Shown here: in pieces, positions 28,229 through 36,971 of the stretch
Position numbering within the stretch: the stretch's first letter is position 1
Layout: each line of letters opens with the position of its first letter
DNA from: a virus
Lineage: Duplodnaviria; Caudoviricetes
Direction: 5' to 3' (one strand)
Length of the DNA stretch: 64,000 bases
IMG/VR virus record: IMGVR_UViG_3300032240_001498
Location: 128,001 to 192,000 of that record
The notes under the pieces: generated by a model
The model's input: only the letters and a program-made list of their open reading frames with translations
What the model was told of the DNA's origin: nothing
Database searches by the model: none
Position numbers and translations under genes: made by a program

Positions 28229-29316
28229 TTTAATAATTCCCCAGCACTAAAGAAGTGCTCTGTTAAATCGTGTGTTTGTTTTTTTAGCTGTGGAATAAAT
28301 TGATTATAATTGTCCATATACTGCATAATCTTCCCACACAACTCTGGACGATATGCCTTGTATGCTTCAAATGATTCTGTCCATACACTTGGATATCTGA
28401 ATGTATCGTAATACATTTCAGTATAACTAAGTCGATCCGGAACCATTGGAATAGCATCTACAATAGCGCCTTCATAACAACTAATGCCAAGTGTCTCTTG
28501 TAGATTTGCACTAAACACTAATTTAGCTTCGCCTAATAGGTTATGATATTCATTCTTGGTTAGATGTTGATCCTGACATACAACAAATTCATATTGTGGC
28601 AAGTGTTCTTTTAGGTCTCTAAAAATTTCAACTTGTTTCTCAGGAGCGATACGATGTGGAAATAAAATAAGATCACGTTTAGGCATGTTCTTGTACCCTG
28701 TTAACGTAGTATCCATATACTCCATGGGCCAACCGGTGCGTATAATTTTAGTATACTCACCCGCTAAGATCTCACTTAGTTCTTCCTCATACCAGGGATT
28801 TTCAGTTTGGAATCCACCGTTAAGTAATTCTCTATGAAACAACTCAATATGAAAGTTGGTAGCAAAATAGTTATGATCAAATGCATAAAAGAAACCCTGT
28901 TCAGCATGTCTAACCCAAGGTTTATTACCAACTAGGCGTCCTAAGAAATCTTGAGGATCATATGATCCAGCATGCCATAAGCCGTGTGTAGTTACTGGAA
29001 TACCCAGTAACTCGCTCATGTATTTTAAATTTATAATGCCTGGATGCCAAGCATCAGTAAAAATAAAGTGGTCGCCGGGATGAACGGCTCCGTTACAAAA
29101 TAACCTGCCCATTTGTTCAACTTGGCTAGACTTGTATATATTGGTTCCACCAAAATTAAGAAAAGCACCAGGAGTAGTGGCTGTAGGAATATCCGTAGGG
29201 CCAGAGATAACTTGAACATTGTGTCCTGCCTTTCGTAAGAGAGCAGGTACATGAGTCTTCCATTGTCCCGTGTACCTAGTTTCTACTGCTTCTAAATCAA
29301 TTAGAAAAACGGTCAT
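28216..29316 (-). CDS. GT-B fold glycosyltransferase (GT4-like)
   Basis: FPHRIAPEKQ and Ex7E motif (ETLGISCYE). Confidence 0.8.
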   Translation of the reverse strand: MTVFLIDLEAVETRYTGQWKTHVPALLRKAGHNVQVISGPTDIPTATTPGAFLNFGGTNIYKSSQVEQMGRLFCNGAVHPGDHFIFTDAWHPGIINLKYMSELLGIPVTTHGLWHAGSYDPQDFLGRLVGNKPWVRHAEQGFFYAFDHNYFATNFHIELFHRELLNGGFQTENPWYEEELSEILAGEYTKIIRTGWPMEYMDTTLTGYKNMPKRDLILFPHRIAPEKQVEIFRDLKEHLPQYEFVVCQDQHLTKNEYHNLLGEAKLVFSANLQETLGISCYEGAIVDAIPMVPDRLSYTEMYYDTFRYPSVWTESFEAYKAYRPELCGKIMQYMDNYNQFIPQLKKQTHDLTEHFFSAGELLKWVK

Positions 29317-29557
29317 TATTATATGGCCTTGGATTCTTACCTAGGTAAGGTTTACGTTCACCGTTTCCACGGTAACCTTTTCCACCATTTTTCCTATAAG
29401 TGAAATCCCTATAGGCCTTAGACTTATACAAGTCTGCTTGGTTGAAATCGATCATTTCAAAACGGCAATGATCGTGCCATGCCTCAAGATCATCAAAGAT
29501 CTTGCTGACTTCAGGCTTCATAGTCAGATATTTGTCGAGCCATTTTGGCTGTGCCAT
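29297..29557 (-). CDS. Hypothetical protein
   Basis: 86 aa ORF inside the modification operon. Confidence 0.7.
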   Translation of the reverse strand: MAQPKWLDKYLTMKPEVSKIFDDLEAWHDHCRFEMIDFNQADLYKSKAYRDFTYRKNGGKGYRGNGERKPYLGKNPRPYNNDRFSN

Positions 29558-29569
29558 TTTTTAAGTTCC

Positions 29570-30001
29570 TTAAATTACAATGGATTGTGACGGGCGAGTA
29601 AGATTATAATGAATGACACATCCGTTCTCACCGTCCTCGGATACGTCAATTATTACAGCACGGTTTGGATACCTTGCCGCAATCTGGGAATACAAGTCGT
29701 CTGCGATCATTTCGCAACTCTTGTAGTTTAATTCTAATACGGAATTTTGACCATTATACAACGATATGAGCCATCGCTTGAACTGGATGAACTCGATGTC
29801 CCTGTCATTGTGGAACACATCGATTGACACCCTAAAATGGAAAATGTGACGATGAGGAGTACCAAGGAACGATACATCATATTCATCTCCTGTAGCAAGT
29901 GCTGGGTCTGTTGCCGCGGCAGGGTAGCAGTGAATGCCTTCCTTCTGGAACGTAACCCAAATTTGTCTTTGTGCGGCTTCTTTAATTGTTTCTATAGTCA
30001 T
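29570..30001 (-). CDS. QueD-like T-fold protein, probably DpdL-type (predicted CDG decarboxylase)
   Basis: GIHCYP, LGTPHRHIF (LxxxHRHxF, which I recall as the DpdL signature; verify), SCEMIA, V.EDGENG. Confidence 0.65.
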   Translation of the reverse strand: MTIETIKEAAQRQIWVTFQKEGIHCYPAAATDPALATGDEYDVSFLGTPHRHIFHFRVSIDVFHNDRDIEFIQFKRWLISLYNGQNSVLELNYKSCEMIADDLYSQIAARYPNRAVIIDVSEDGENGCVIHYNLTRPSQSIVI

Positions 30002-30549
30002 TTGATAATCTCGTCTTTACCATATTGATCCCAACTTGTAAACTTATTTCTATCAAGTAGGTCGTGGAGGTTATGGCACCATACTCCAGGATTTGTAGCG
30101 GCAAAATCTACATCATCAATCTTAATTGTAGCATTATATCCTAGCTGTGTCAAGTAGGGCAATTTAACCGAAATCTGTGGAATAAACTGACGATGTTCGA
30201 CGAGGCCGCTTTCTAATAGACCTTCTACCTGTGCTACATCGAGATCCAATGTACACCAGTATCCTGAATCAAGACATTCTTGGATCATATATTCCCAAGG
30301 AGCCCACCCATCAGCATCGTTAGTTTCAAGTTTAGGAAAACTTTGATTAGCACCAAAGTAGATATGTTTGATACGTTTACTCTCATCAAGCAATGCTTGA
30401 GTATCGTTTGCAATATGCAGTACTGTTTGAGGATCATGTGTGCCCACTACAAACAGAGTTTTCATTCCGTAAGCAGGAGTCTTTTCAATCTCTACGCCTG
30501 TAAAGAACATGATGTCTGTTGCAACACCAGAATCGTAATCTCGTTTCAT
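29998..30549 (-). CDS. Conserved-looking hypothetical protein in the dpdA operon
   Basis: 183 aa, alternating beta/alpha pattern, ATGA overlaps on both sides. Confidence 0.7.
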   Translation of the reverse strand: MKRDYDSGVATDIMFFTGVEIEKTPAYGMKTLFVVGTHDPQTVLHIANDTQALLDESKRIKHIYFGANQSFPKLETNDADGWAPWEYMIQECLDSGYWCTLDLDVAQVEGLLESGLVEHRQFIPQISVKLPYLTQLGYNATIKIDDVDFAATNPGVWCHNLHDLLDRNKFTSWDQYGKDEIIK

Positions 30550-31124
30550 CTTTCGTTATCCCACCAAAGCCAGCCAATTAAAATATATTTGTCGAGGTTG
30601 GCAGTAATCTGCCCTCGATGAATATGTGTGTATGCAGTTGGGAACAAAATTGTTTTGCCTTTGACTGCGTCAACAACTCTGTTCTGATGCAAAAATTCAG
30701 TTCCGCCATTTGGTACGGTATTCAAATAGGTTAAAAATGTTATTGCACGATCGCAAAACTCATGACCGCCGTCAATATGCCATGCGTGATAACCTGCACT
30801 AGGTTTATACCACTGTATTTGTGGTAAATCACGTATAGTAAACTTTCCAGCGTGTTCATATATTTTAGCATCTGTACAGTATTTGTCAATGAATCCGGAC
30901 AATTCGGTATGATAATTTGGCCATTTAAAATCCTGTGGCTTGCCCAATGTTCTAGCATCACCTAAATGGAAATCAACGCTGTCTTTATAATCTGGTCTAA
31001 TTTGTTCGTCCGAACCTGTAACACCTGGATTGGTTAAACCATTACTATCTGCAAGTCTAAAAAGTCTTAACAGTTCGTCACAGATAGTAATGTCTGATAA
31101 TTGATATTCAGCTATAAAGTCCAT
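30546..31124 (-). CDS. 2OG-Fe(II) oxygenase (prolyl-4-hydroxylase-like)
   Basis: QIQWY...WHID...FLTYLN...GGTEF...FP...HIHRG...KY. Confidence 0.85.
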   Translation of the reverse strand: MDFIAEYQLSDITICDELLRLFRLADSNGLTNPGVTGSDEQIRPDYKDSVDFHLGDARTLGKPQDFKWPNYHTELSGFIDKYCTDAKIYEHAGKFTIRDLPQIQWYKPSAGYHAWHIDGGHEFCDRAITFLTYLNTVPNGGTEFLHQNRVVDAVKGKTILFPTAYTHIHRGQITANLDKYILIGWLWWDNER

Positions 31125-32767
31125 TAGGCATTATCAATTTCTAATGCATCGAGTTTGTCTTCGTCAAGCTCTGGCATTGCAGTTACAGGACTTACAGTTT
31201 TATCTAACACTACTTCTTCAGTATCAAATAGACTTGTAAAGTTATTTTCGGCATTACCGCCGCGTAGGCGCATACCCATCATGTTAGACAACATGGGTTT
31301 AGCATCTTCAATCATCTGGAAAGCTTCTGCTTTAGATTTTGTATTGAACAATTCTTCTACAAAACGGCTAAAGTAAAGAATATTACGTGGAACCCAATCT
31401 GAATACTGGTCGCTACCTGTTTCAGAGTCTTTGAGTTTCTTCCAATGACGCCAATCAGGTTGAGCCTTTGCAGTTTCAATGTCCATTAATTGATTAGCAC
31501 GTTGTACAGCAACAATATGGCATTCAACATTATGACCCATCATTAGAGCATAAGCAAAACTATCCCAACTTGTTCTGTTTGGAATCTTATCAAGTTTATT
31601 CTTACGGGGAACAACATGATAGTGTGCCTCATTCAAGTGATCAAATTTAACACCGCCTAATTCTGCATCAGTTTTACGAACACCTAGATCATAATAAGCA
31701 ATATCACCCATTGTTAATCTACGACCAATTGATGATTCAAACGGGAATGGAATATCCGAACCTGACAATGCTTTATTGTCCGGCGCCTTATCCATAATAA
31801 CTGACCAACGTTTAGTTGTATGTTGTGCGTTGGTATATACCAAACCGTGTGCAGTAGCAATAAACGGACTTGCACAGTCAAAACTAATTGTAAGCTCTGG
31901 ATTGATATGCTTACGGATCTGACGTTGGATCAAGGTCAAGTAACATGCCCAGTCTAATTGTGCTGTACCTAAGAAGTGAATCCAGTTCTTACCAGTTAAC
32001 AATCCATCTTCACGCATGGTCATTAGCCGCTTGAGCGTAATGTCCATCTTACACATGTTAGCACCACCAAAGGCCCAACCTTCAGCTGACGGGTTTTTAT
32101 TTTCACCCCATGTTTTGTTTGGATCGCTAAATTGTTTAACACCGTTGTACCAATCTTCTGCTGAATCCCAGTCCCAACCTTGTAGCACGTTTAAGAACTT
32201 GGTTTGTCCTAGACGATTTTCTAAGAAGTATCTGTTGTTGTACTGCGTTTTTTCTAAACAATCTTCAACAGTCTTAAGACCGGTCTTTGGACTGTGTACA
32301 TGGTCACAAGCCCAGGTCGGAACGTCTAGCATCATAGACCAATCAGCAGTAAGTTCAAGCCATTCTAAAATACTTTGACGAGTTTTAGTTGCACTAGGAC
32401 CTTCGAAGTCTAACCAATCAAATTTAAGAACACCCTTACCGATCTGATATCCACCGGAGTCACCTAAGATCATCGTGTTGTTTCTATCACGTTGTTGGAT
32501 CATCGACTCCTGCGTCAAACTTTTATTCAAGTCTAACTGTGCATGACCTGCAGAGTATAGACCATACTTGTATGTAAAATATCCTTCTTCAGGATTAAGG
32601 AAGTTCATACCTTCGATGCCGCGATCAAATCCTGCCGGAATTCGATCATCAGGAATAAACTTTTCTAATCTTTGTTTTGCAATGTATGTACTATAGAAAG
32701 AGCTAATAGCTGGCAAATAGACAGCATAGTCTTTCTGTAGTGGAGTTAAATTAACTTGTTGTTTCAT
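31124..32767 (-). CDS. dpdA: TGT-fold DNA-guanine transglycosylase (DpdA-like)
   Basis: All TGT motifs in order: DSGGYQ, MMLDVP, VLQG, AFGG, IHFLG, SFDCASP; co-located with folE/queE and directly after polymerase and clamp. Confidence 0.8.
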   Translation of the reverse strand: MKQQVNLTPLQKDYAVYLPAISSFYSTYIAKQRLEKFIPDDRIPAGFDRGIEGMNFLNPEEGYFTYKYGLYSAGHAQLDLNKSLTQESMIQQRDRNNTMILGDSGGYQIGKGVLKFDWLDFEGPSATKTRQSILEWLELTADWSMMLDVPTWACDHVHSPKTGLKTVEDCLEKTQYNNRYFLENRLGQTKFLNVLQGWDWDSAEDWYNGVKQFSDPNKTWGENKNPSAEGWAFGGANMCKMDITLKRLMTMREDGLLTGKNWIHFLGTAQLDWACYLTLIQRQIRKHINPELTISFDCASPFIATAHGLVYTNAQHTTKRWSVIMDKAPDNKALSGSDIPFPFESSIGRRLTMGDIAYYDLGVRKTDAELGGVKFDHLNEAHYHVVPRKNKLDKIPNRTSWDSFAYALMMGHNVECHIVAVQRANQLMDIETAKAQPDWRHWKKLKDSETGSDQYSDWVPRNILYFSRFVEELFNTKSKAEAFQMIEDAKPMLSNMMGMRLRGGNAENNFTSLFDTEEVVLDKTVSPVTAMPELDEDKLDALEIDNA

Positions 32768-32784
32768 GGATACCTTTAATCATA

Positions 32785-33519
32785 TTAGGCCTGCGCTGGT
32801 AAAATGTATTCGTATGTTGCTAAACCGCTATCTAACGTAATCTTTAGTGCGCCTTGATTACTAATACTCAGTTTAGTATTATTAACATCTGCAATTTTCA
32901 AGATGCTTAATACCTGTGCAACTGGCCAGCTTAGATTAGCTGTAATCTTACTTGTAAGACCGTCTGCAAATACAAACTCACCTGCGTGTGTATTAACATC
33001 ACCAAATGTAAACTTCAATTTGTCGCCATCTGTTTTTGCAACAAATGTTGAGTGTTCTGAGTTTGCACTTGCTTGGAAGTTAAAACGCTGTACACTTGCT
33101 ACTGTAGGAGTAATGGTGATATCCCAGTTAACACCTTTGAACTTAGGAACCTTAAGTTTTTCTTCAATAACTGCTTGGTTCATGAAGCGATAATCGTTCT
33201 TGAAGTCACCGCCTTTGTTTTCAAAGTGCAATCCTACAGGAATATCTTCACCGTTGCGCTGACCCTTAACAAGAGTGATCTTTGCATCCTCTTTGTATTC
33301 TGGGCAGTCCAAATGTATCTTTAGTTTGTTAAGTTGTGGCATACCAAAAATACCAACCATGTCTGGTTGTGCATTTGCAGTTTCTGCTGACAGGATAATT
33401 GAGCGGTCACCAGCGACAGAGTCAATTTGAGTTTTGTCTTCTGTACCAGTAATCTTAACTACTTCTAAAAATCCTAGATTGTGCGTATGTGATACGATGT
33501 CTTGTAAAATATCTTTCAT
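32785..33519 (-). CDS. Sliding clamp (gp45/PCNA-like)
   Basis: 244 aa next to family B polymerase; C-terminal LKITLD...YEYILPAQ. Confidence 0.7.
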   Translation of the reverse strand: MKDILQDIVSHTHNLGFLEVVKITGTEDKTQIDSVAGDRSIILSAETANAQPDMVGIFGMPQLNKLKIHLDCPEYKEDAKITLVKGQRNGEDIPVGLHFENKGGDFKNDYRFMNQAVIEEKLKVPKFKGVNWDITITPTVASVQRFNFQASANSEHSTFVAKTDGDKLKFTFGDVNTHAGEFVFADGLTSKITANLSWPVAQVLSILKIADVNNTKLSISNQGALKITLDSGLATYEYILPAQA

Positions 33520-33537
33520 GTTAAAGTCCTTTTATAT

Positions 33538-33566
33538 ATTATATTTAGATTTTGAATCAAAGTCAA
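33538..33566 (-). promoter_or_regulatory. sigma70-type promoter for clamp-dpdA operon, overlapped by TAAATA
   Basis: TTGACT-N17-TATAAT; TAAATA at 33542-33547. Confidence 0.85.
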
Positions 33567-33571
33567 GTAAA

Positions 33572-36241
33572 TTATTCAAATGTGAACAAATTACCAAACG
33601 TATTATTTTGCGTGGTTGAGTTCAAGTCCCATTCCAACACACCAATCAAGTTATCAAGTTTGTTATTGATAATTGTTGTTTCCATTTCAGAATGATCAAA
33701 TGGTAATTCCTGGAACCACTTGGGCAATCTTAATTCGTCTACGGGATATGCAATACTTGTATAGCCCATAGGGTTATCGCGAACTTTGCAAACAATAACT
33801 TTCATTCCGTCAACAATCTGCATAGAATACTTGTCACCGTTCATTTCTCGCAACACGTTCCAGTTAATACTTGCACGTACATGACCTGGCATATTGGCCT
33901 TACCTGCTTTCTTTTCCTTCTCGCGATATTCAGTAATATTGTTAGCACGTTTAGGAGATCCTTTTTCCCAACCCGGTCTAACTTTAAACTCAGTTCGGAA
34001 TTCGCCAATGCGGTCTAGGATCTCTTTTTCCTGGCTACCGTTGAGTACTTTAGTTAGGATTTCTTCCAAGAACTTCTGCATAAATTCCGGAGTATCCGAA
34101 CGCTTCAAATCCAAGCCCATGGCCTTGATCTTGCCTGGCTTACCATCTATGTCTGCACGTTTGTTTTCTTTATCGTAATAAAGAACAGCATAACGCTTCT
34201 TGGTAATGAACAGGCCTTTAATAGCAACCAATTCACGACCTGCTTTGATGACCTCGCCACGGCTCTTTGGACAATGGAAGAAGTCCAACATCATCTGCGG
34301 GAATGTTCCGTTTACTTCGTCTGCAATCTGATTATACAGTTGAACAACAGTTTCTTTATCCCAAGGCAATCGACCTTTATCGATATCAGTCTTTAATGTT
34401 GTATAAGCCGAGAAATATGCAGAGTCTGTATCACCGTAAATGATGCTACGGCCTTTGTAGTCATACTCTCCGCAGATTACTTCATTTATTTTTGCGGCCA
34501 TGTGACGAGCAATGCATCGGCCTGTAAGAGTTGTGGATTGGCCAATACGCTTATCAAAGAACCTGCAACCAGCGTTAAGAATAGCACCGTATAAAGAGTT
34601 AAGGTTAATTTTCTTAACCAACTGACGTTTGTCCCAGTATTCTTCTTCAATTTTGTTTCCTGCATTAATAGCTTCCTTTAGTTTGGCCTGCATGTCTTTA
34701 CGTTCGCTGTACCAGCGTTTTAGCAAGCCGGGGATAATCCCTTCGTTTTCGTATGTGAAAATTGTACCGTTAGCACTGAGCATCCACGGCTGATTACTTT
34801 CATAAATCATCTCATAGATTTGAGCACCACTCAGCACGTCAACTTCGCCGGACTCCCATTCAACAGTAATGTCATTAGCTTTGTCTTTGGCCATAACAAA
34901 CTCATATTCGTTAGAACCAAACTTACCTTCCCATGCCGCGGCAAATGAATTGCCCTTGGCCATTTTAGCATCAATTTCTGCTTGGGTGTAATCTTGACGT
35001 AACTGTCCGACAATAGTTTCTGGACCCATGTTAAGCGCACGAATCGCTGACGGATAAAGTGAGTTAATATCGACTGATCCAATCCAGTCGTGAAGTCCTT
35101 TTTTAGGATATGCAACATAAGCACCGGCCGCTTGGTTGTCTGCGCTTTCATCACGCTTTGGGCGACTTGGAACTATCAAGCCTCTGTGGTGGGCTTCATT
35201 AACAATGGCCTGTTCAGTTACAGCCACAGCACCCATTGTGGTCTGTAGCAACACAGTACATTCATGTGCCAGCGTATTAGCAAGATCAATAAACTTTAGT
35301 TTCTTGTCTAGTTTGTCAAGTAGTGCAGTATCTTGTCTGTTGTACTCAATAAACTTGCGGAAGTCATTATTGTATAGTTGATCAAGTGTGCCTTCGTAGA
35401 CTGTTTTGTTTTCACCAACTTCCATCTCACCAATAGCATCTAGTCGATATGTATGGCGTTCTTCATATGTGTACTTGCGATACAGTTCAAGACTGTCTAA
35501 GTGTACACGACCAACAAAGTCATAAGTGACTGCGGCTTTACCATACTTTTCATATTCACGTTTCTTTGGAAATTGATCCCATAAACAGAAACGACGAGTA
35601 TCTTCCTTGCTCAATACCTTTGTAACGCGGTTAACAGTATAGGGAATATCATAACCTTCACTGTTCCAGCCGCTGATGATATCTGCATCCTCAATTAGCT
35701 TTAGGAAAGTGTCAAGCATTTCTCCTTCGCTTTCGAATAGATGCGTGTTAGGAAATTCTTCAACTAACTTTTCAGCATCCTCCATTTTTAAGCCCTTTGG
35801 AGGAATAGCTAACGTAACCATTGTTTCCATCCATTGTAGGTAAACAGAGATCGCAGTAATTGGCATAAACGCATCTTCTGGACTTGCGTAGCCACGTTCT
35901 GGATCAAAGTCTACCTCAATGTCAAAAAACGCCACGTTTAGTTTAGGAGCATCTTTACCTAGATAGTTTTCTTCTAGGATACGGAATGAGGCATTGATGT
36001 CACTTTCAAACAGTCGGTGACCTGAATGGATTTTTTGTTCTTTGGCAAATTCCTTGAATGATTTACAAGAAACTTTTGACAGGCTTTCGCCATAAATTGA
36101 TTTGTACTTGCCCCTATTATCTGGATAATAGAATACGTACCTTGCGGGATAGTCGACATAGATTCGACCTTTTTTTGGATCACGCTCAACGACACGTACA
36201 CGGTCATTGTCACGATCCCAGATGGCATCGATATAACTCAT
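33572..36241 (-). CDS. Family B DNA polymerase with 3'-5' exonuclease
   Basis: ExoI FDIEVD, ExoII GWNSEGYD, ExoIII YNRQD, DINSLYPS, KINLNSLYG, YGDTDS; no intein-sized insert. Confidence 0.97.
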   Translation of the reverse strand: MSYIDAIWDRDNDRVRVVERDPKKGRIYVDYPARYVFYYPDNRGKYKSIYGESLSKVSCKSFKEFAKEQKIHSGHRLFESDINASFRILEENYLGKDAPKLNVAFFDIEVDFDPERGYASPEDAFMPITAISVYLQWMETMVTLAIPPKGLKMEDAEKLVEEFPNTHLFESEGEMLDTFLKLIEDADIISGWNSEGYDIPYTVNRVTKVLSKEDTRRFCLWDQFPKKREYEKYGKAAVTYDFVGRVHLDSLELYRKYTYEERHTYRLDAIGEMEVGENKTVYEGTLDQLYNNDFRKFIEYNRQDTALLDKLDKKLKFIDLANTLAHECTVLLQTTMGAVAVTEQAIVNEAHHRGLIVPSRPKRDESADNQAAGAYVAYPKKGLHDWIGSVDINSLYPSAIRALNMGPETIVGQLRQDYTQAEIDAKMAKGNSFAAAWEGKFGSNEYEFVMAKDKANDITVEWESGEVDVLSGAQIYEMIYESNQPWMLSANGTIFTYENEGIIPGLLKRWYSERKDMQAKLKEAINAGNKIEEEYWDKRQLVKKINLNSLYGAILNAGCRFFDKRIGQSTTLTGRCIARHMAAKINEVICGEYDYKGRSIIYGDTDSAYFSAYTTLKTDIDKGRLPWDKETVVQLYNQIADEVNGTFPQMMLDFFHCPKSRGEVIKAGRELVAIKGLFITKKRYAVLYYDKENKRADIDGKPGKIKAMGLDLKRSDTPEFMQKFLEEILTKVLNGSQEKEILDRIGEFRTEFKVRPGWEKGSPKRANNITEYREKEKKAGKANMPGHVRASINWNVLREMNGDKYSMQIVDGMKVIVCKVRDNPMGYTSIAYPVDELRLPKWFQELPFDHSEMETTIINNKLDNLIGVLEWDLNSTTQNNTFGNLFTFE

Positions 36242-36245
36242 AATT

Positions 36246-36306
36246 CTCCTTACCGCTTATGGCCGGCTAACCTTCAACATTGCGATTTATGGCTCGCTGA
36301 ACCGTT
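36246..36306 (-). promoter_or_regulatory. Polymerase 5' leader with two tandem hairpins (loops GCCAUAAA / GCCAUAAG) abutting the SD
   Basis: GCGA-GCCATAAA-TCGC (36282-36297) and GCCG-GCCATAAG-CGGT (36252-36267), then AAGGAG; TAAATA at 36315-36320. Confidence 0.6.
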
Positions 36307-36320
36307 CTCAAATATATTTA

Positions 36321-36614
36321 TTAATTAACCAACATGCGGACAAGACCGATTGAGTCAATGGTTGTTAGCAAGATGTAATTAGCCAACATACCAAATGACT
36401 TCCGAGTCCATGAAGCCCACGCATACATAGCACAGCCACTAATCCAGATAGGATATAGTACAAGAAGAGGGGGATTAGGGACTGTGACTGCCATTGTGAT
36501 ACTACAGCCAATAGATATAGCCCAAGCAAGGAGCTCAACACAAAAGCGAAGTCCGTTGCTATTCCAATCATCCTTGATCCACTCTAATGTTGGCTTAAAG
36601 AATGTATCAATCAT
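36321..36614 (-). CDS. Small multi-pass membrane protein
   Basis: Start moved to MIDTFF; about three hydrophobic segments. Confidence 0.7.
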   Translation of the reverse strand: MIDTFFKPTLEWIKDDWNSNGLRFCVELLAWAISIGCSITMAVTVPNPPLLVLYPIWISGCAMYAWASWTRKSFGMLANYILLTTIDSIGLVRMLVN

Positions 36615-36915
36615 TATCGCCGTTGCGGTTTGGATTTTGTGCATCATAATCGCTTTGACGGATTGCGTGACCGCTGATATCAACGATAGTTTCTAAGTCA
36701 TCGAACTCAGTAAACACACGTTCCCAATCGCCCTTCTGTGCGATTTTGATAGCTTTTTTAATAATGCTGGGTTTAACTTCTAGTTCTTCTGCGACAGCTT
36801 TGATAGTGTCGTTCAAACCTTCGTTGAGGTCTTCAATTTCTTGTAGGACAGTAACGCCTTCAGAAATAAGTTGTTTGATTTTTGCTTGCTCTGGTGCGCC
36901 GTATGCTTTGCTCAT
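36607..36915 (-). CDS. Putative dsDNA-binding protein (T4 DsbA-like)
   Basis: Helical ...IEDLNEGLNDTIKAVAEELEVKPSIIKKAIKIA pattern; position upstream of polymerase. Confidence 0.55.
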   Translation of the reverse strand: MSKAYGAPEQAKIKQLISEGVTVLQEIEDLNEGLNDTIKAVAEELEVKPSIIKKAIKIAQKGDWERVFTEFDDLETIVDISGHAIRQSDYDAQNPNRNGDND

Positions 36916-36919
36916 AATT

Positions 36920-36964
36920 AATCTCCTGTACAGTAATTATATACTGAACACAGGAGATTGTCAA
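36920..36964 (-). promoter_or_regulatory. sigma70 promoter whose -10 is the loop of a hairpin that also sequesters the SD
   Basis: TTGACA-N17-TATAAT; arms AATCTCCTGT/ACAGGAGATT (10 bp) and CAGTA/TACTG (5 bp). Confidence 0.85.
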
Positions 36965-36971
36965 GTCTTGA

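Noticed and set aside
33572-36241. Intein or group I intron in DNA polymerase or ClpA
   Set aside because: Lengths are normal, motifs are collinear, and no splicing or homing-endonuclease motifs were seen.
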